DNA from: a virus
Direction: 5' to 3' (one strand)
Length of the DNA stretch: 64,000 bases
IMG/VR virus record: IMGVR_UViG_3300045988_086533
Coordinates: 5,140 to 69,139 of that record
Under the pieces are notes generated by a model, which was given only the letters and a program-made list of their open reading frames with translations, had not been told where the DNA came from and did not search any database. Positions 26,453 to 35,828 of the stretch are shown here, piece by piece. Both the position numbers and the translations under genes were made by a program. The stretch's first letter is position 1. Every line of letters begins with the position of its first letter.

Positions 26453-29050
26453 ATGGCTGGTGTAGATTTGGGGAGCATTGTAGCTCACCTAAAATTGGAA
26501 ATGAGTGATTTTAATAGTAACTTAAATAGAGCAGTAAGTCAAGTACAACAAACACAAAGTAGTTTTAGCGGCTTAAAGGCTACTGGGGAAAGTTTATCTA
26601 GTGTCGGTGCGGCACTTACTGCTGGAGTAACTGCCCCAGTGGTAGCATTAGGGGCAAGTGTAGTAAAAACACAAATGACATTCGAGCATTCAATGTCAAA
26701 AGTTAAAGCATTATCAGGGGCTACTGGTAGTGACTTAAAATTATTGGAGGATACCGCAAAACAGATGGGTGCATCCACAGTTTATAGTGCAAGTGAGGCA
26801 GCTGATGCCCTTGGATATATGGCACTTGCGGGTTGGGATGCACAACAATCCGCAGCAGGTTTACCTGGAGTACTTAATCTAGCTGCAGCATCTGGAATGG
26901 ATTTAGCACAGGCTTCGGACTTAGTAACTGATTACCTAACTGCATTCGGGTTAGAAGCCGACCAGGCAGGACGTATGGCAGATGTATTATCCTACGCTCA
27001 AGCTAATTCAAATACAACAACAGAGATGTTAGGTGAAGCATTTAAAAACTGTGCAGTTAATGCACATAATGCCGGTATGAGTTTAGAGGAAACTACTGCA
27101 ATCCTTAGTAAATTTGCAGATGCCGGTCTTAAAGGTAGCGAAGGTGGTACTGCCTTAAATGCAATCATAAGAGATATGACACAAAAGATGAAAAATGGAG
27201 CAATACAAATAGGGAATACTAAAGTACAAGTACAAGATGCTAACGGTAACTTTAGGGAAATGACCGATATTATAGCAGATGTAGATAATGCAACAAAAGG
27301 CATGGGAGATGCACAAAGAACCGCTGCATTAATGACAACATTTACTGCTGACAGTATAAAAGGTATGGGTATCTTATGTAATACTGGAGCTGATGATATC
27401 GATAAATTCACAAACGCACTAGAGAAAAGCGATGGTACTGCAAAGAAGATGTCTGATATGATGAACTCAGATTTAACAGGGGCACTAAAACAGTTAAGTA
27501 GTGCTTGGGAAGCAGTACAACTCGACATAGGTAATACTACTGGTCCATTGTCATTAATAGTAGGCATGCTTACAAAATTACTTCAAGCCTTCTTAAAATT
27601 ACCTGGGCCTATTAAACAAGCAATAGTGACAATTGCTCTATTAGCTGCAGCAGTAGGTCCGGTATTACTTATTATAGGTAAGGGTATACAAACATTTTTA
27701 AAATTACGTGATGCAATTAAAATAATAAAAGCCGCATTTGGTACACTGAAAACAACATTCTTAATTTTTAAATCACTTATAATGGATACTCTTGTCCCTA
27801 TAATAACAGACACTGTAATACCTGCATTACAAGGTTTATGGGGGATATTAATGGCTAATCCTATTATATTAATTGTAGCAGCTATAGCCGCATTAGTGGC
27901 AGCATTTATATGGGCTTGGAATAATATTGATGGATTTAAAGAGTTTTGGATTGACTTATGGGAGAATATAAAAACTATGGCCAGTAATGCTTTAGAATCA
28001 TTACAAAACTTCTTTACTGAAACTATTCCACAAATGATAAGTGATATAGGAAATTGGTTTAGTAACTTACCAGCAACTATTTGGTATTGGCTATGTTTCG
28101 TAGTAGCATATGCAGTACTATGGGTAGGACAGATGGCTCAAAAGGCATATGAAGCAGGTTCAAAATTTGTGCAAAATGCTATTACATTTATCCAACAACT
28201 ACCTGGTAAAGTGTGGACTTGGTTAACAACTACTATTAGTAAAGTTGGTAGTTGGGTTGTACAAATGGCAAGTAAAGCACAACAAGCCGGCAGTAGATTC
28301 CTAAGTAATGTAAGTACATTTATAAGACAATTGCCAGGTCGTGTATGGTCTTTTCTATTAACAACAATAGCAAAAGTAATAGCATTTGCCATACGCTTTG
28401 CTCAAAAGGGTAGAGAAGCTGCACAAAGATTTAAAGATAATATTATTAATGGTATTAGTAGTCTACCAGGTAAAATGGTAAGTATAGGAAGTAATATTAT
28501 ACACGGTATTATTACTGGTATTACTAATGCGGCTGGTAATTTATTTAGCACAATGCAAAATATAGCAAGTAGAGCCTTAAATGCTGCAAAGGGTGCTTTG
28601 GGTATTCATTCTCCTTCAACAGTATTTAGAGATATGGTAGGGAAAATGATACCGGCTGGTGTTACTGTTGGTATTGAAGCGAACGCTGGTAAAACTATTA
28701 AAGCAATTAAAGATTATGCTAGTAGTTTGGTGACAACTATAGACACAAATAAATTCCTAGGTAAAGTTAATATGAGTACGGCTGGTATTAATATAAATAG
28801 TGAAAACACAGTTGATAGTAATTTACTTTATGCCATAAAAGGTATGGCACAAGTAATGCAGGACAGTAAACAAGAATTTGATTATAAAGAAATGGGTAAA
28901 CAATATAAAAAGGCGTTAGAAGATACAAATACACCAATTGTAATGGACAAAGTGGTAGTAGGTCAAAAGGTTGCTAAGTCCGTACAGGATACAAATGATT
29001 ACTACAATAACCAAAAGGAAAGATTTAGAGGTGAGAAGGATTATGTATAA
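26453..29050 (+). CDS. tail tape measure protein
   Basis: 865 aa with hydrophobic central helices and internal 44-aa tandem repeats. ATG at 26453 after AAGGTGGTG. Confidence 0.85.
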   Translation: MAGVDLGSIVAHLKLEMSDFNSNLNRAVSQVQQTQSSFSGLKATGESLSSVGAALTAGVTAPVVALGASVVKTQMTFEHSMSKVKALSGATGSDLKLLEDTAKQMGASTVYSASEAADALGYMALAGWDAQQSAAGLPGVLNLAAASGMDLAQASDLVTDYLTAFGLEADQAGRMADVLSYAQANSNTTTEMLGEAFKNCAVNAHNAGMSLEETTAILSKFADAGLKGSEGGTALNAIIRDMTQKMKNGAIQIGNTKVQVQDANGNFREMTDIIADVDNATKGMGDAQRTAALMTTFTADSIKGMGILCNTGADDIDKFTNALEKSDGTAKKMSDMMNSDLTGALKQLSSAWEAVQLDIGNTTGPLSLIVGMLTKLLQAFLKLPGPIKQAIVTIALLAAAVGPVLLIIGKGIQTFLKLRDAIKIIKAAFGTLKTTFLIFKSLIMDTLVPIITDTVIPALQGLWGILMANPIILIVAAIAALVAAFIWAWNNIDGFKEFWIDLWENIKTMASNALESLQNFFTETIPQMISDIGNWFSNLPATIWYWLCFVVAYAVLWVGQMAQKAYEAGSKFVQNAITFIQQLPGKVWTWLTTTISKVGSWVVQMASKAQQAGSRFLSNVSTFIRQLPGRVWSFLLTTIAKVIAFAIRFAQKGREAAQRFKDNIINGISSLPGKMVSIGSNIIHGIITGITNAAGNLFSTMQNIASRALNAAKGALGIHSPSTVFRDMVGKMIPAGVTVGIEANAGKTIKAIKDYASSLVTTIDTNKFLGKVNMSTAGININSENTVDSNLLYAIKGMAQVMQDSKQEFDYKEMGKQYKKALEDTNTPIVMDKVVVGQKVAKSVQDTNDYYNNQKERFRGEKDYV
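28130..28525 (+). repeat. three tandem 132-nt (44-aa) repeats inside the tape measure gene
   Basis: QMAQKAYEAGSKFVQNAITFIQQLPGKVW.. / QMASKAQQAGSRFLSNVSTFIRQLPGRVW.. / RFAQKGREAAQRFKDNIINGISSLPGKM.. Confidence 0.65.
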
Positions 29051-31250
29051 TTATTTTAATTTTAATGGCACTCAAATTAATGATTTAGCCATAGTGACAA
29101 GCATAGAAAAACCATATATACCAGAAAAATCTATCGATACTATAAGTGTATCCAGTAGAGACGGGGAAATATTTGATGGGGCAAAATATGACCCCATCTC
29201 TATTCCTATATCTCTTGCGATAATAGGTGCTACGGAGGACGAGTATAAAACTCGAGTTCAATGTTTACATGATATTCTTAGTACAAAACAAGAAGTGCCG
29301 ATAAAATTTTGTGAGAATATTACAATTTACGGAATGTTAAAAGGAGCACTGAAAGTAAAGAAAAAGAATAGTATGAGTGGTTATGCTGACATTGAACTAA
29401 TATGCCATACACCATATAGTTATAGTGATAATGTGCAGGCATACAATGCAGAAGATAACCAACAGACTGTAGTGGTGGAAAACAATGGTGAATTACCAAC
29501 TCTACCATATGTGAGTATAGGATTTGGTGCAGACGCACATTTTGCTCAGTTACAAAATAATAAAACTGGAGAAAAAATATTAGTAGGTGATTACCCACAC
29601 TTGCAATTAAGTACCACAAAGAAAGAGCAAACATTAATATTACATGACCCGTGCACCAGTGTAGGTACATTGATTCAAAGTGGAGCTAATATTAATTCTG
29701 GTCGTGGAACTGGTGGTTCTTTTACTATATCTTCTGGTGGTGAAAGTTTTATACTTAGTGAATTAGGTAATAGTACTGAGAAAATAAAAGGTGCATGTGC
29801 ACGTATTGCTTTAAGTAAAAATATTGATGATTTTAAAGTAATGGTGAGAATGCAATGTAGGTCAAGTGGTATAAATGGTGACCCAAATAATATTAAGAGT
29901 GAGCAGGAAAAAGTTAATGAGACTGTAGTTGAGGGTGGCAAAACTTATTACTACGTAGTAACTGCTAATGGAGTTAATTATAGAACTGGTCCCGGAACTA
30001 ATTACACATCTAAGGGGATTATTCCAAAAGGAACTAAGTTAACAGAGGTAACAATTCAAAATGGCTGGGCAAAAGTAAAATACAAAACTAAGACATATTA
30101 TGTATCAGCAAAATATATAAAGAAGCAAGTAAAGGACAATTCCAAAAGTACAGTACAAACATTTACAGTAGCTAATATGTTATTAGTTCCAACTAAGACA
30201 CTAACTGGGGCTAGTGGAGTTGTATATACTAAACCTAATCTAGGTAGTAAGGTAGAATGTACTATACCATATGGAACTGCTCTAAGAATAATACAAAGAA
30301 CGTATACGTATACATACACTGATTCTAATAATAGTAAGCAGACAGTAAAATTCTACAGAATATATAAACCTTGGAAAGATAAAAATGGTAAAAACCATTA
30401 TGGATATGTAAATGTAGAAAATCTTAAAGGCTATGCAGGAGTAGATAATAGTGTTGATTATAGTGACGACCCAGCATATGCAGACCATAAAACCGGCATA
30501 GCTGAGGTGTATGGTTTTGATGTTAATGGTACTCAAATATTTAGATTATATTTAGGTGACATTAACCCATATTTTGAATATAACCAAGCGGAGGTCAGTG
30601 TAAGTAAGAATTCCATTTTAAAAACAAGTAATGCTAGTCCACAGGAATACACAGATAAAACTGTTGATGCCGACGGTAAAACTGTTACTAATCATTACAT
30701 GAGCGGTCAATATGGTAGTTGGAATGATGCCAACGCTTACTTTACATTAACTAGAAAGAAAACAGGTGAAAACTACGTATATAGTGCACAGGTACAAAAG
30801 AATGAGAATGGTAAATTTACTCAGTCTATATCAGCTAATAACAAACGTAGTAGTGAATATTCTACTGAACCCTTAAGTTACTTAGCGATATATCTAGGAA
30901 CTATGGCGGATAAGTTAGAGAATGCTTCCGGAGTCGGTATTAGTGATATAAAAGTATATGACCTAAACCCGGAAAATGAGGAGCAAGTTAATATAAAATA
31001 TTTTGAGGCCGGCGATAAACTAGACTTGGATTTTGAGAATGGTGACTGTTATTTAAACAACCAATTAAGAAATGATTTGGTGGACATAGGTAGTATATAC
31101 TTTAATGTGAACGAAGGTGAAACAACATTACAAGTAGTCAGTGATGATACGTCAGCTAGTTTGGGCGTATTAATAAGAGAAAAATGGTTAGGTGTAGTAG
31201 ACGAGGATAGAAGTACACCACCACAAGATTTAAATTTAACAAGTGAGTAA
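29043..31250 (+). CDS. distal tail protein (Dit) with inserted SH3b-like domains
   Basis: ATG at 29043 overlaps the tape measure stop. N-terminus resembles siphovirus tail component. Two SH3b-like segments (VNYRTGPGTNY.., ..GYVNVENLKGY). Confidence 0.6.
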   Translation: MYNYFNFNGTQINDLAIVTSIEKPYIPEKSIDTISVSSRDGEIFDGAKYDPISIPISLAIIGATEDEYKTRVQCLHDILSTKQEVPIKFCENITIYGMLKGALKVKKKNSMSGYADIELICHTPYSYSDNVQAYNAEDNQQTVVVENNGELPTLPYVSIGFGADAHFAQLQNNKTGEKILVGDYPHLQLSTTKKEQTLILHDPCTSVGTLIQSGANINSGRGTGGSFTISSGGESFILSELGNSTEKIKGACARIALSKNIDDFKVMVRMQCRSSGINGDPNNIKSEQEKVNETVVEGGKTYYYVVTANGVNYRTGPGTNYTSKGIIPKGTKLTEVTIQNGWAKVKYKTKTYYVSAKYIKKQVKDNSKSTVQTFTVANMLLVPTKTLTGASGVVYTKPNLGSKVECTIPYGTALRIIQRTYTYTYTDSNNSKQTVKFYRIYKPWKDKNGKNHYGYVNVENLKGYAGVDNSVDYSDDPAYADHKTGIAEVYGFDVNGTQIFRLYLGDINPYFEYNQAEVSVSKNSILKTSNASPQEYTDKTVDADGKTVTNHYMSGQYGSWNDANAYFTLTRKKTGENYVYSAQVQKNENGKFTQSISANNKRSSEYSTEPLSYLAIYLGTMADKLENASGVGISDIKVYDLNPENEEQVNIKYFEAGDKLDLDFENGDCYLNNQLRNDLVDIGSIYFNVNEGETTLQVVSDDTSASLGVLIREKWLGVVDEDRSTPPQDLNLTSE

Positions 31251-31263
31251 GGAGGTATTTTGG

Positions 31264-34200
31264 ATGAATAAAAACTTATATATTTTCGACAATGATAAAA
31301 AATTACTAAAACTTATAAATACCACAAATACCAATAGTATAAAAGTATACGATGATACTTATACTAGTGAACTTTTAACAGGGGCTGAAACTTATACAGC
31401 CTCTTTTAAAGTAAGTTACCAAGACCAACCAATATTTTTAGAAGGTAACTATATAGGATTTTACTGGCAGGACAATTTTAAATTAATGCAAATAAAGAAA
31501 ACCACTAGTATTGAGCACATAGACGACGTAACTATTACTGTATATGCTGAGTTCATTGGTATTGAATTATACAATAGTTATGTAGATAAATTCGTTGCAG
31601 ACGGCACCGCCACAAAACTATTGGAAACTATATTAATGGATACTAATTACAAGGTAGGGTATGTAAGTCCATCATTAGACGAGGAAGCCTTTAGAGTAGA
31701 GGCTACAGAAGTTACTAGTGTATATTCAGTTATACAAAATGCCACTTCAATATTATACGAGTGTGAGTGGCAATTTAGAACAGTGCCAGTGGACATAAAA
31801 AGAGGTAAATTTGACTTTTATGTAGATTGTTTTGCTAATGGTGAGAGAGGTACTAAGAGATATAAACGTTTTGAGAGTGATAGAAATAGTTATGGAATGA
31901 AACGTACCGGAGATATTACAAACTTTTGTAGTGGTATTATTCCAGTAGGGAAAAATGGACTTACTATTAGTGATGTAAAATGGGAAAAGGAACAAGGAGA
32001 TCCAACAAATAAACCACTAGGACAAAATTATATATTTGATGAAAAGGCACATGAAATGCTTAATAATGGTGGTAAATATGTATTAATGAAATACAAAAGT
32101 GATGCCGATGATATATACACATTAATACACGAAGGGTATGCAAAATTAAAAGAACTAAATAAAACTAAATTCAGTTATGAAATTCCTGTATATATGACTG
32201 AACGTGACTATGAGGAAATTGATGTTGGTGATACTAACTACGTTGTAAGTAGAAAATTTAATCCTCCAATTCAATTGGAAGCACGTATCACAGAATTTGA
32301 AATTAGTTTTACAGATAGAACTAAGAACAGTATAACTTTAGGCAACTATAAACAAATACGTAGTAAGATGAAGTCATTAAATAAAGATGATATAGTCAAT
32401 GACGTAGTAGACATTATTAAAAAACACGGTAAATTAACAGCTAGTGACTTACTTGCAATTAGAAATTACCTTAACCAACTAGGCGTGGACAAAAAATTAA
32501 TAGACAAACTTATTAAACAATATACAGACAAAGTAGTGCCAGACCCTATAAAACCTGGTGATGATACAACCGACATAAGTGATGACACAGAGGATTATAG
32601 AGCAATAAATATAAAGAAAATAGACAATGGATTATGGATAGGAGATAGTAGAATTCATGACTGTATAAAATATAAATGTGGAGAAATAAAAGGTAAAACA
32701 CCTACTACTCAACCACAACCTGATAAAAAAGAAGATAGTAGTAAAACTGCAAAACAATATAAAGCAGCCGTAGATTATTATGCAGGATTTGGACTAGGTA
32801 AATGGAGTGATAAATATAGTGATGTTAGAAATATGAGAAGTAAATCTAACCATTGGAAAATATATGCTCCAGTTGAATATTACAGTAAAAAGTTTGGGCT
32901 TGATCCTCAACTAGTATATGCGATGATATACGCTGAGTCTAGTGCCAACCCATATGATGCTACTAAGTATAGCGGCGGCGGATACGGTCTTATGCAATGC
33001 GAAAGAGCTGCTTATTTTAATAAAAAACAAAAGATTGAATATTTAGATGGTAAAGTTGAATACTTTACACCAAGTTACTCTAATATGAAACCTAAATCTT
33101 GTGGAACTAAAATAATAAATGGAGTAAAAGTAGATAAAGCTATATGTAACCAAATAATGTTTGGATGTAATGAACTTAGAAAATCATTAAAACGTTTTAA
33201 ATGGAACATATTTGCAGCCTTGGTTGGTTATAACTTTGGTCTATATGGATGTGACTTATTAATATGTAGATATGTAGCAATGAAAAATGGTTTATCATGG
33301 GTAAATAGATATGGTTATACAGTACAGAGTAGTAAAGTGCAGAAATTATACTTTGCAGAACTTGAAAAATTAACTGCGGCATGGGCTGGTGGTAGAAAAT
33401 GGTATGTAGAAAATAAAAAGGCAGGAACTGCTAATAATATTGAATGTTACCTTAGATGGTACAAGGTAGTAGACGGTCAATTACCATACTGTATTGATGA
33501 AAAAGGTAAGAAAAGAGGTTATGGAGCAATAAAACCGGGCACATCAAATAAGAGTGCGGAAGCTACTGCCGTATCAACAGAGTCATCTATGGATAGAGCT
33601 GCAAGTGTTAAGAATGCTCCTACATGGAAAATAGAGGGTAACACAACTAATAAAAAAGGTGTTGCCGAAAATGTTAGAAAGAAAATAGTCAATAAGGCTA
33701 GAGAAATTTGTGACCTACACCAAAAGTATAAAAAAGCTACTTATTATGGCGGAGCATGTATATATGACGATAGTAAAAGATATAGAGTAAGTGGTACTAT
33801 ACATGGTATTAAAAATCCATACTGTTACGTGTGTTCTTCTCTTAGTAGTTGTGCCTATCTATATGCAGGACTTAGAAGTGTAACTGCAAAATATGGTGGA
33901 GCCAACTGTGCATATGGTTCTTTAGTTAGATATGCTACAAAATATAGTGGATATACATTAAAGAAATTAACAAGTACCACTATCAATGAATTATTACCTG
34001 GTGACTTAATAATGCTAAGTAATGCCACAGTCCCTTCAAATGTAACTGTTGCTTGGGCATCAAAACCGGGTGGAGATAGTAAATATGCCAAAGCCGGTAC
34101 TCACCACGTTGTTGTATATTGTGGTAAAGTTAATGGTAAACGTATGATAGCGCATGCTAGTGGAGGCCATAAGTGGCCAGATGCTATAAGATATGAAGAT

Positions 34201-35817
34201 ATGAGTATAACATATAGTAAAAGAGGTAGTATGACACACTGGTATACACATGGTATAATACTTAGACCTTGGGACTTAGCAAGAGCTGATAAAGAAGCCA
34301 AAGTTAAAAATCAATCAGCTACTAAGCCAACACCTCCAAAAGACATAGTAGACGATGATGACGGGGCAACTTATGAAGTTACATTTAAAGGACTTAATAG
34401 TGCAGCACCTAAAGACTTTGTAGAAGGCGGAAAACTTATTACTAATATTACGGTAAATGGAGTTACAGACAAAACGCCATACCCTAAGACTGTAAGTCAT
34501 ATAATGCTAGCTTTCGGAGTTCCCGCACTAGGGGATAATGTGGATAATGTTGTGGAAGATTATCAATCACTTATAAAAGCACTATTGAAAAAGTATCCAA
34601 AGAAACCTATATTTGTATGTCAAGAACCTCGCTTAAGAAGTTCTCAATCTGGTAATTATCAACAAATGAATGAGGCTATAGACTCACTTAATACTATGAT
34701 GTTAGACTACTGTAACAAGACAAAATATGTAATATTTCTAAAGAAACCAAAGGATATGTGTGATACAACAGATAATCACTATTGGTTAAGTAGTTTAACT
34801 ACTGACGGATATAGAATGAAAGACAAAGCATCTACTCAGACTTATTACAAAGAATATAAGAAGAAGATATTATACTTTGGAGAAGGAGCAGAATGGGAGA
34901 GCGACAGTGCAACTAGTAATAAGATGTTAGATAGTCAACGTGTATATACTTATAATAAACCATTGAAAAAACTACAATTTAGGGTGCCAGCAACTTCATC
35001 CACTAACTACAATGATAGTTATTATGCACGTATTGTTTTCACTACTGCAAAAGGATTCAAGTTAATTCAACCTGACAGTGTATATTTAGAAGGTGTAGAC
35101 TGTAAAAACGGAGTACTATTACCGAAGGAAAATACTACTTATATTGTATCAGTTTATTATAACCCAGATACTACTATTAGTGATAAAGCGTATTTAGGAA
35201 GTGTTGGTGCTAAGAAAAAAGGTAGTAATTATGCACAACCATTATTTAAATATTCTAAGGATTTAGTTAAAATTGCCAACAGTTACTACAATAATAATAG
35301 TAAGTTCAGTTATAATGCCACTACTCCTTGTGACTTTAAAAACCCAGCCGAAAATATCAGTAAATGGAAGGTGAATAATAAGTACCAAATTGATGACAGT
35401 TGTTTCCTTAACTACGTATTAACTGGATGGACTTATGAAAAATCTCCATATGGCAACGAAAAGAAAACTAATAATAATAGAAATAGTGATGTTAGCTGGG
35501 CAATTCCAAGCACTAGAAATGAGGCTAATATAGGGAAATATTTTGTACAAAAAAACTGGGTGGTAGACGTAGCAGACTTGGAAACATTTAAGAATTTAGC
35601 TATTGGTGATATTATATTTATGGATGCAGACAGTAAAAATAATGGTGAATTTATGGCTATATCCCATACTGCAATAGTAATAGAAAAAGACAAAGCCGGA
35701 GATTATGTGGCACTTGAGTGCACAAATGGTTTAACCAATGGTGTATTTAGAAAAGTAAAAGTAAAGGACCTTACAAGTAAAAATATATTATTTGTAGGTA
35801 GATTTATGATAGGATAG
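31264..35817 (+). CDS. tail-associated lysin (Tal) with lytic transglycosylase and two NlpC/P60-like domains
   Basis: ATG at 31264 after TAAGGAGG. SLT motif AESSANPYD..GGGYGLMQ. Cys/His pairs (CYVCSS..GTHHVVVY; DDSCFLNYV..ISHTAIV). Confidence 0.7.
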   Translation: MNKNLYIFDNDKKLLKLINTTNTNSIKVYDDTYTSELLTGAETYTASFKVSYQDQPIFLEGNYIGFYWQDNFKLMQIKKTTSIEHIDDVTITVYAEFIGIELYNSYVDKFVADGTATKLLETILMDTNYKVGYVSPSLDEEAFRVEATEVTSVYSVIQNATSILYECEWQFRTVPVDIKRGKFDFYVDCFANGERGTKRYKRFESDRNSYGMKRTGDITNFCSGIIPVGKNGLTISDVKWEKEQGDPTNKPLGQNYIFDEKAHEMLNNGGKYVLMKYKSDADDIYTLIHEGYAKLKELNKTKFSYEIPVYMTERDYEEIDVGDTNYVVSRKFNPPIQLEARITEFEISFTDRTKNSITLGNYKQIRSKMKSLNKDDIVNDVVDIIKKHGKLTASDLLAIRNYLNQLGVDKKLIDKLIKQYTDKVVPDPIKPGDDTTDISDDTEDYRAINIKKIDNGLWIGDSRIHDCIKYKCGEIKGKTPTTQPQPDKKEDSSKTAKQYKAAVDYYAGFGLGKWSDKYSDVRNMRSKSNHWKIYAPVEYYSKKFGLDPQLVYAMIYAESSANPYDATKYSGGGYGLMQCERAAYFNKKQKIEYLDGKVEYFTPSYSNMKPKSCGTKIINGVKVDKAICNQIMFGCNELRKSLKRFKWNIFAALVGYNFGLYGCDLLICRYVAMKNGLSWVNRYGYTVQSSKVQKLYFAELEKLTAAWAGGRKWYVENKKAGTANNIECYLRWYKVVDGQLPYCIDEKGKKRGYGAIKPGTSNKSAEATAVSTESSMDRAASVKNAPTWKIEGNTTNKKGVAENVRKKIVNKAREICDLHQKYKKATYYGGACIYDDSKRYRVSGTIHGIKNPYCYVCSSLSSCAYLYAGLRSVTAKYGGANCAYGSLVRYATKYSGYTLKKLTSTTINELLPGDLIMLSNATVPSNVTVAWASKPGGDSKYAKAGTHHVVVYCGKVNGKRMIAHASGGHKWPDAIRYEDMSITYSKRGSMTHWYTHGIILRPWDLARADKEAKVKNQSATKPTPPKDIVDDDDGATYEVTFKGLNSAAPKDFVEGGKLITNITVNGVTDKTPYPKTVSHIMLAFGVPALGDNVDNVVEDYQSLIKALLKKYPKKPIFVCQEPRLRSSQSGNYQQMNEAIDSLNTMMLDYCNKTKYVIFLKKPKDMCDTTDNHYWLSSLTTDGYRMKDKASTQTYYKEYKKKILYFGEGAEWESDSATSNKMLDSQRVYTYNKPLKKLQFRVPATSSTNYNDSYYARIVFTTAKGFKLIQPDSVYLEGVDCKNGVLLPKENTTYIVSVYYNPDTTISDKAYLGSVGAKKKGSNYAQPLFKYSKDLVKIANSYYNNNSKFSYNATTPCDFKNPAENISKWKVNNKYQIDDSCFLNYVLTGWTYEKSPYGNEKKTNNNRNSDVSWAIPSTRNEANIGKYFVQKNWVVDVADLETFKNLAIGDIIFMDADSKNNGEFMAISHTAIVIEKDKAGDYVALECTNGLTNGVFRKVKVKDLTSKNILFVGRFMIG

Positions 35818-35828
35818 GAGGGATTAAT

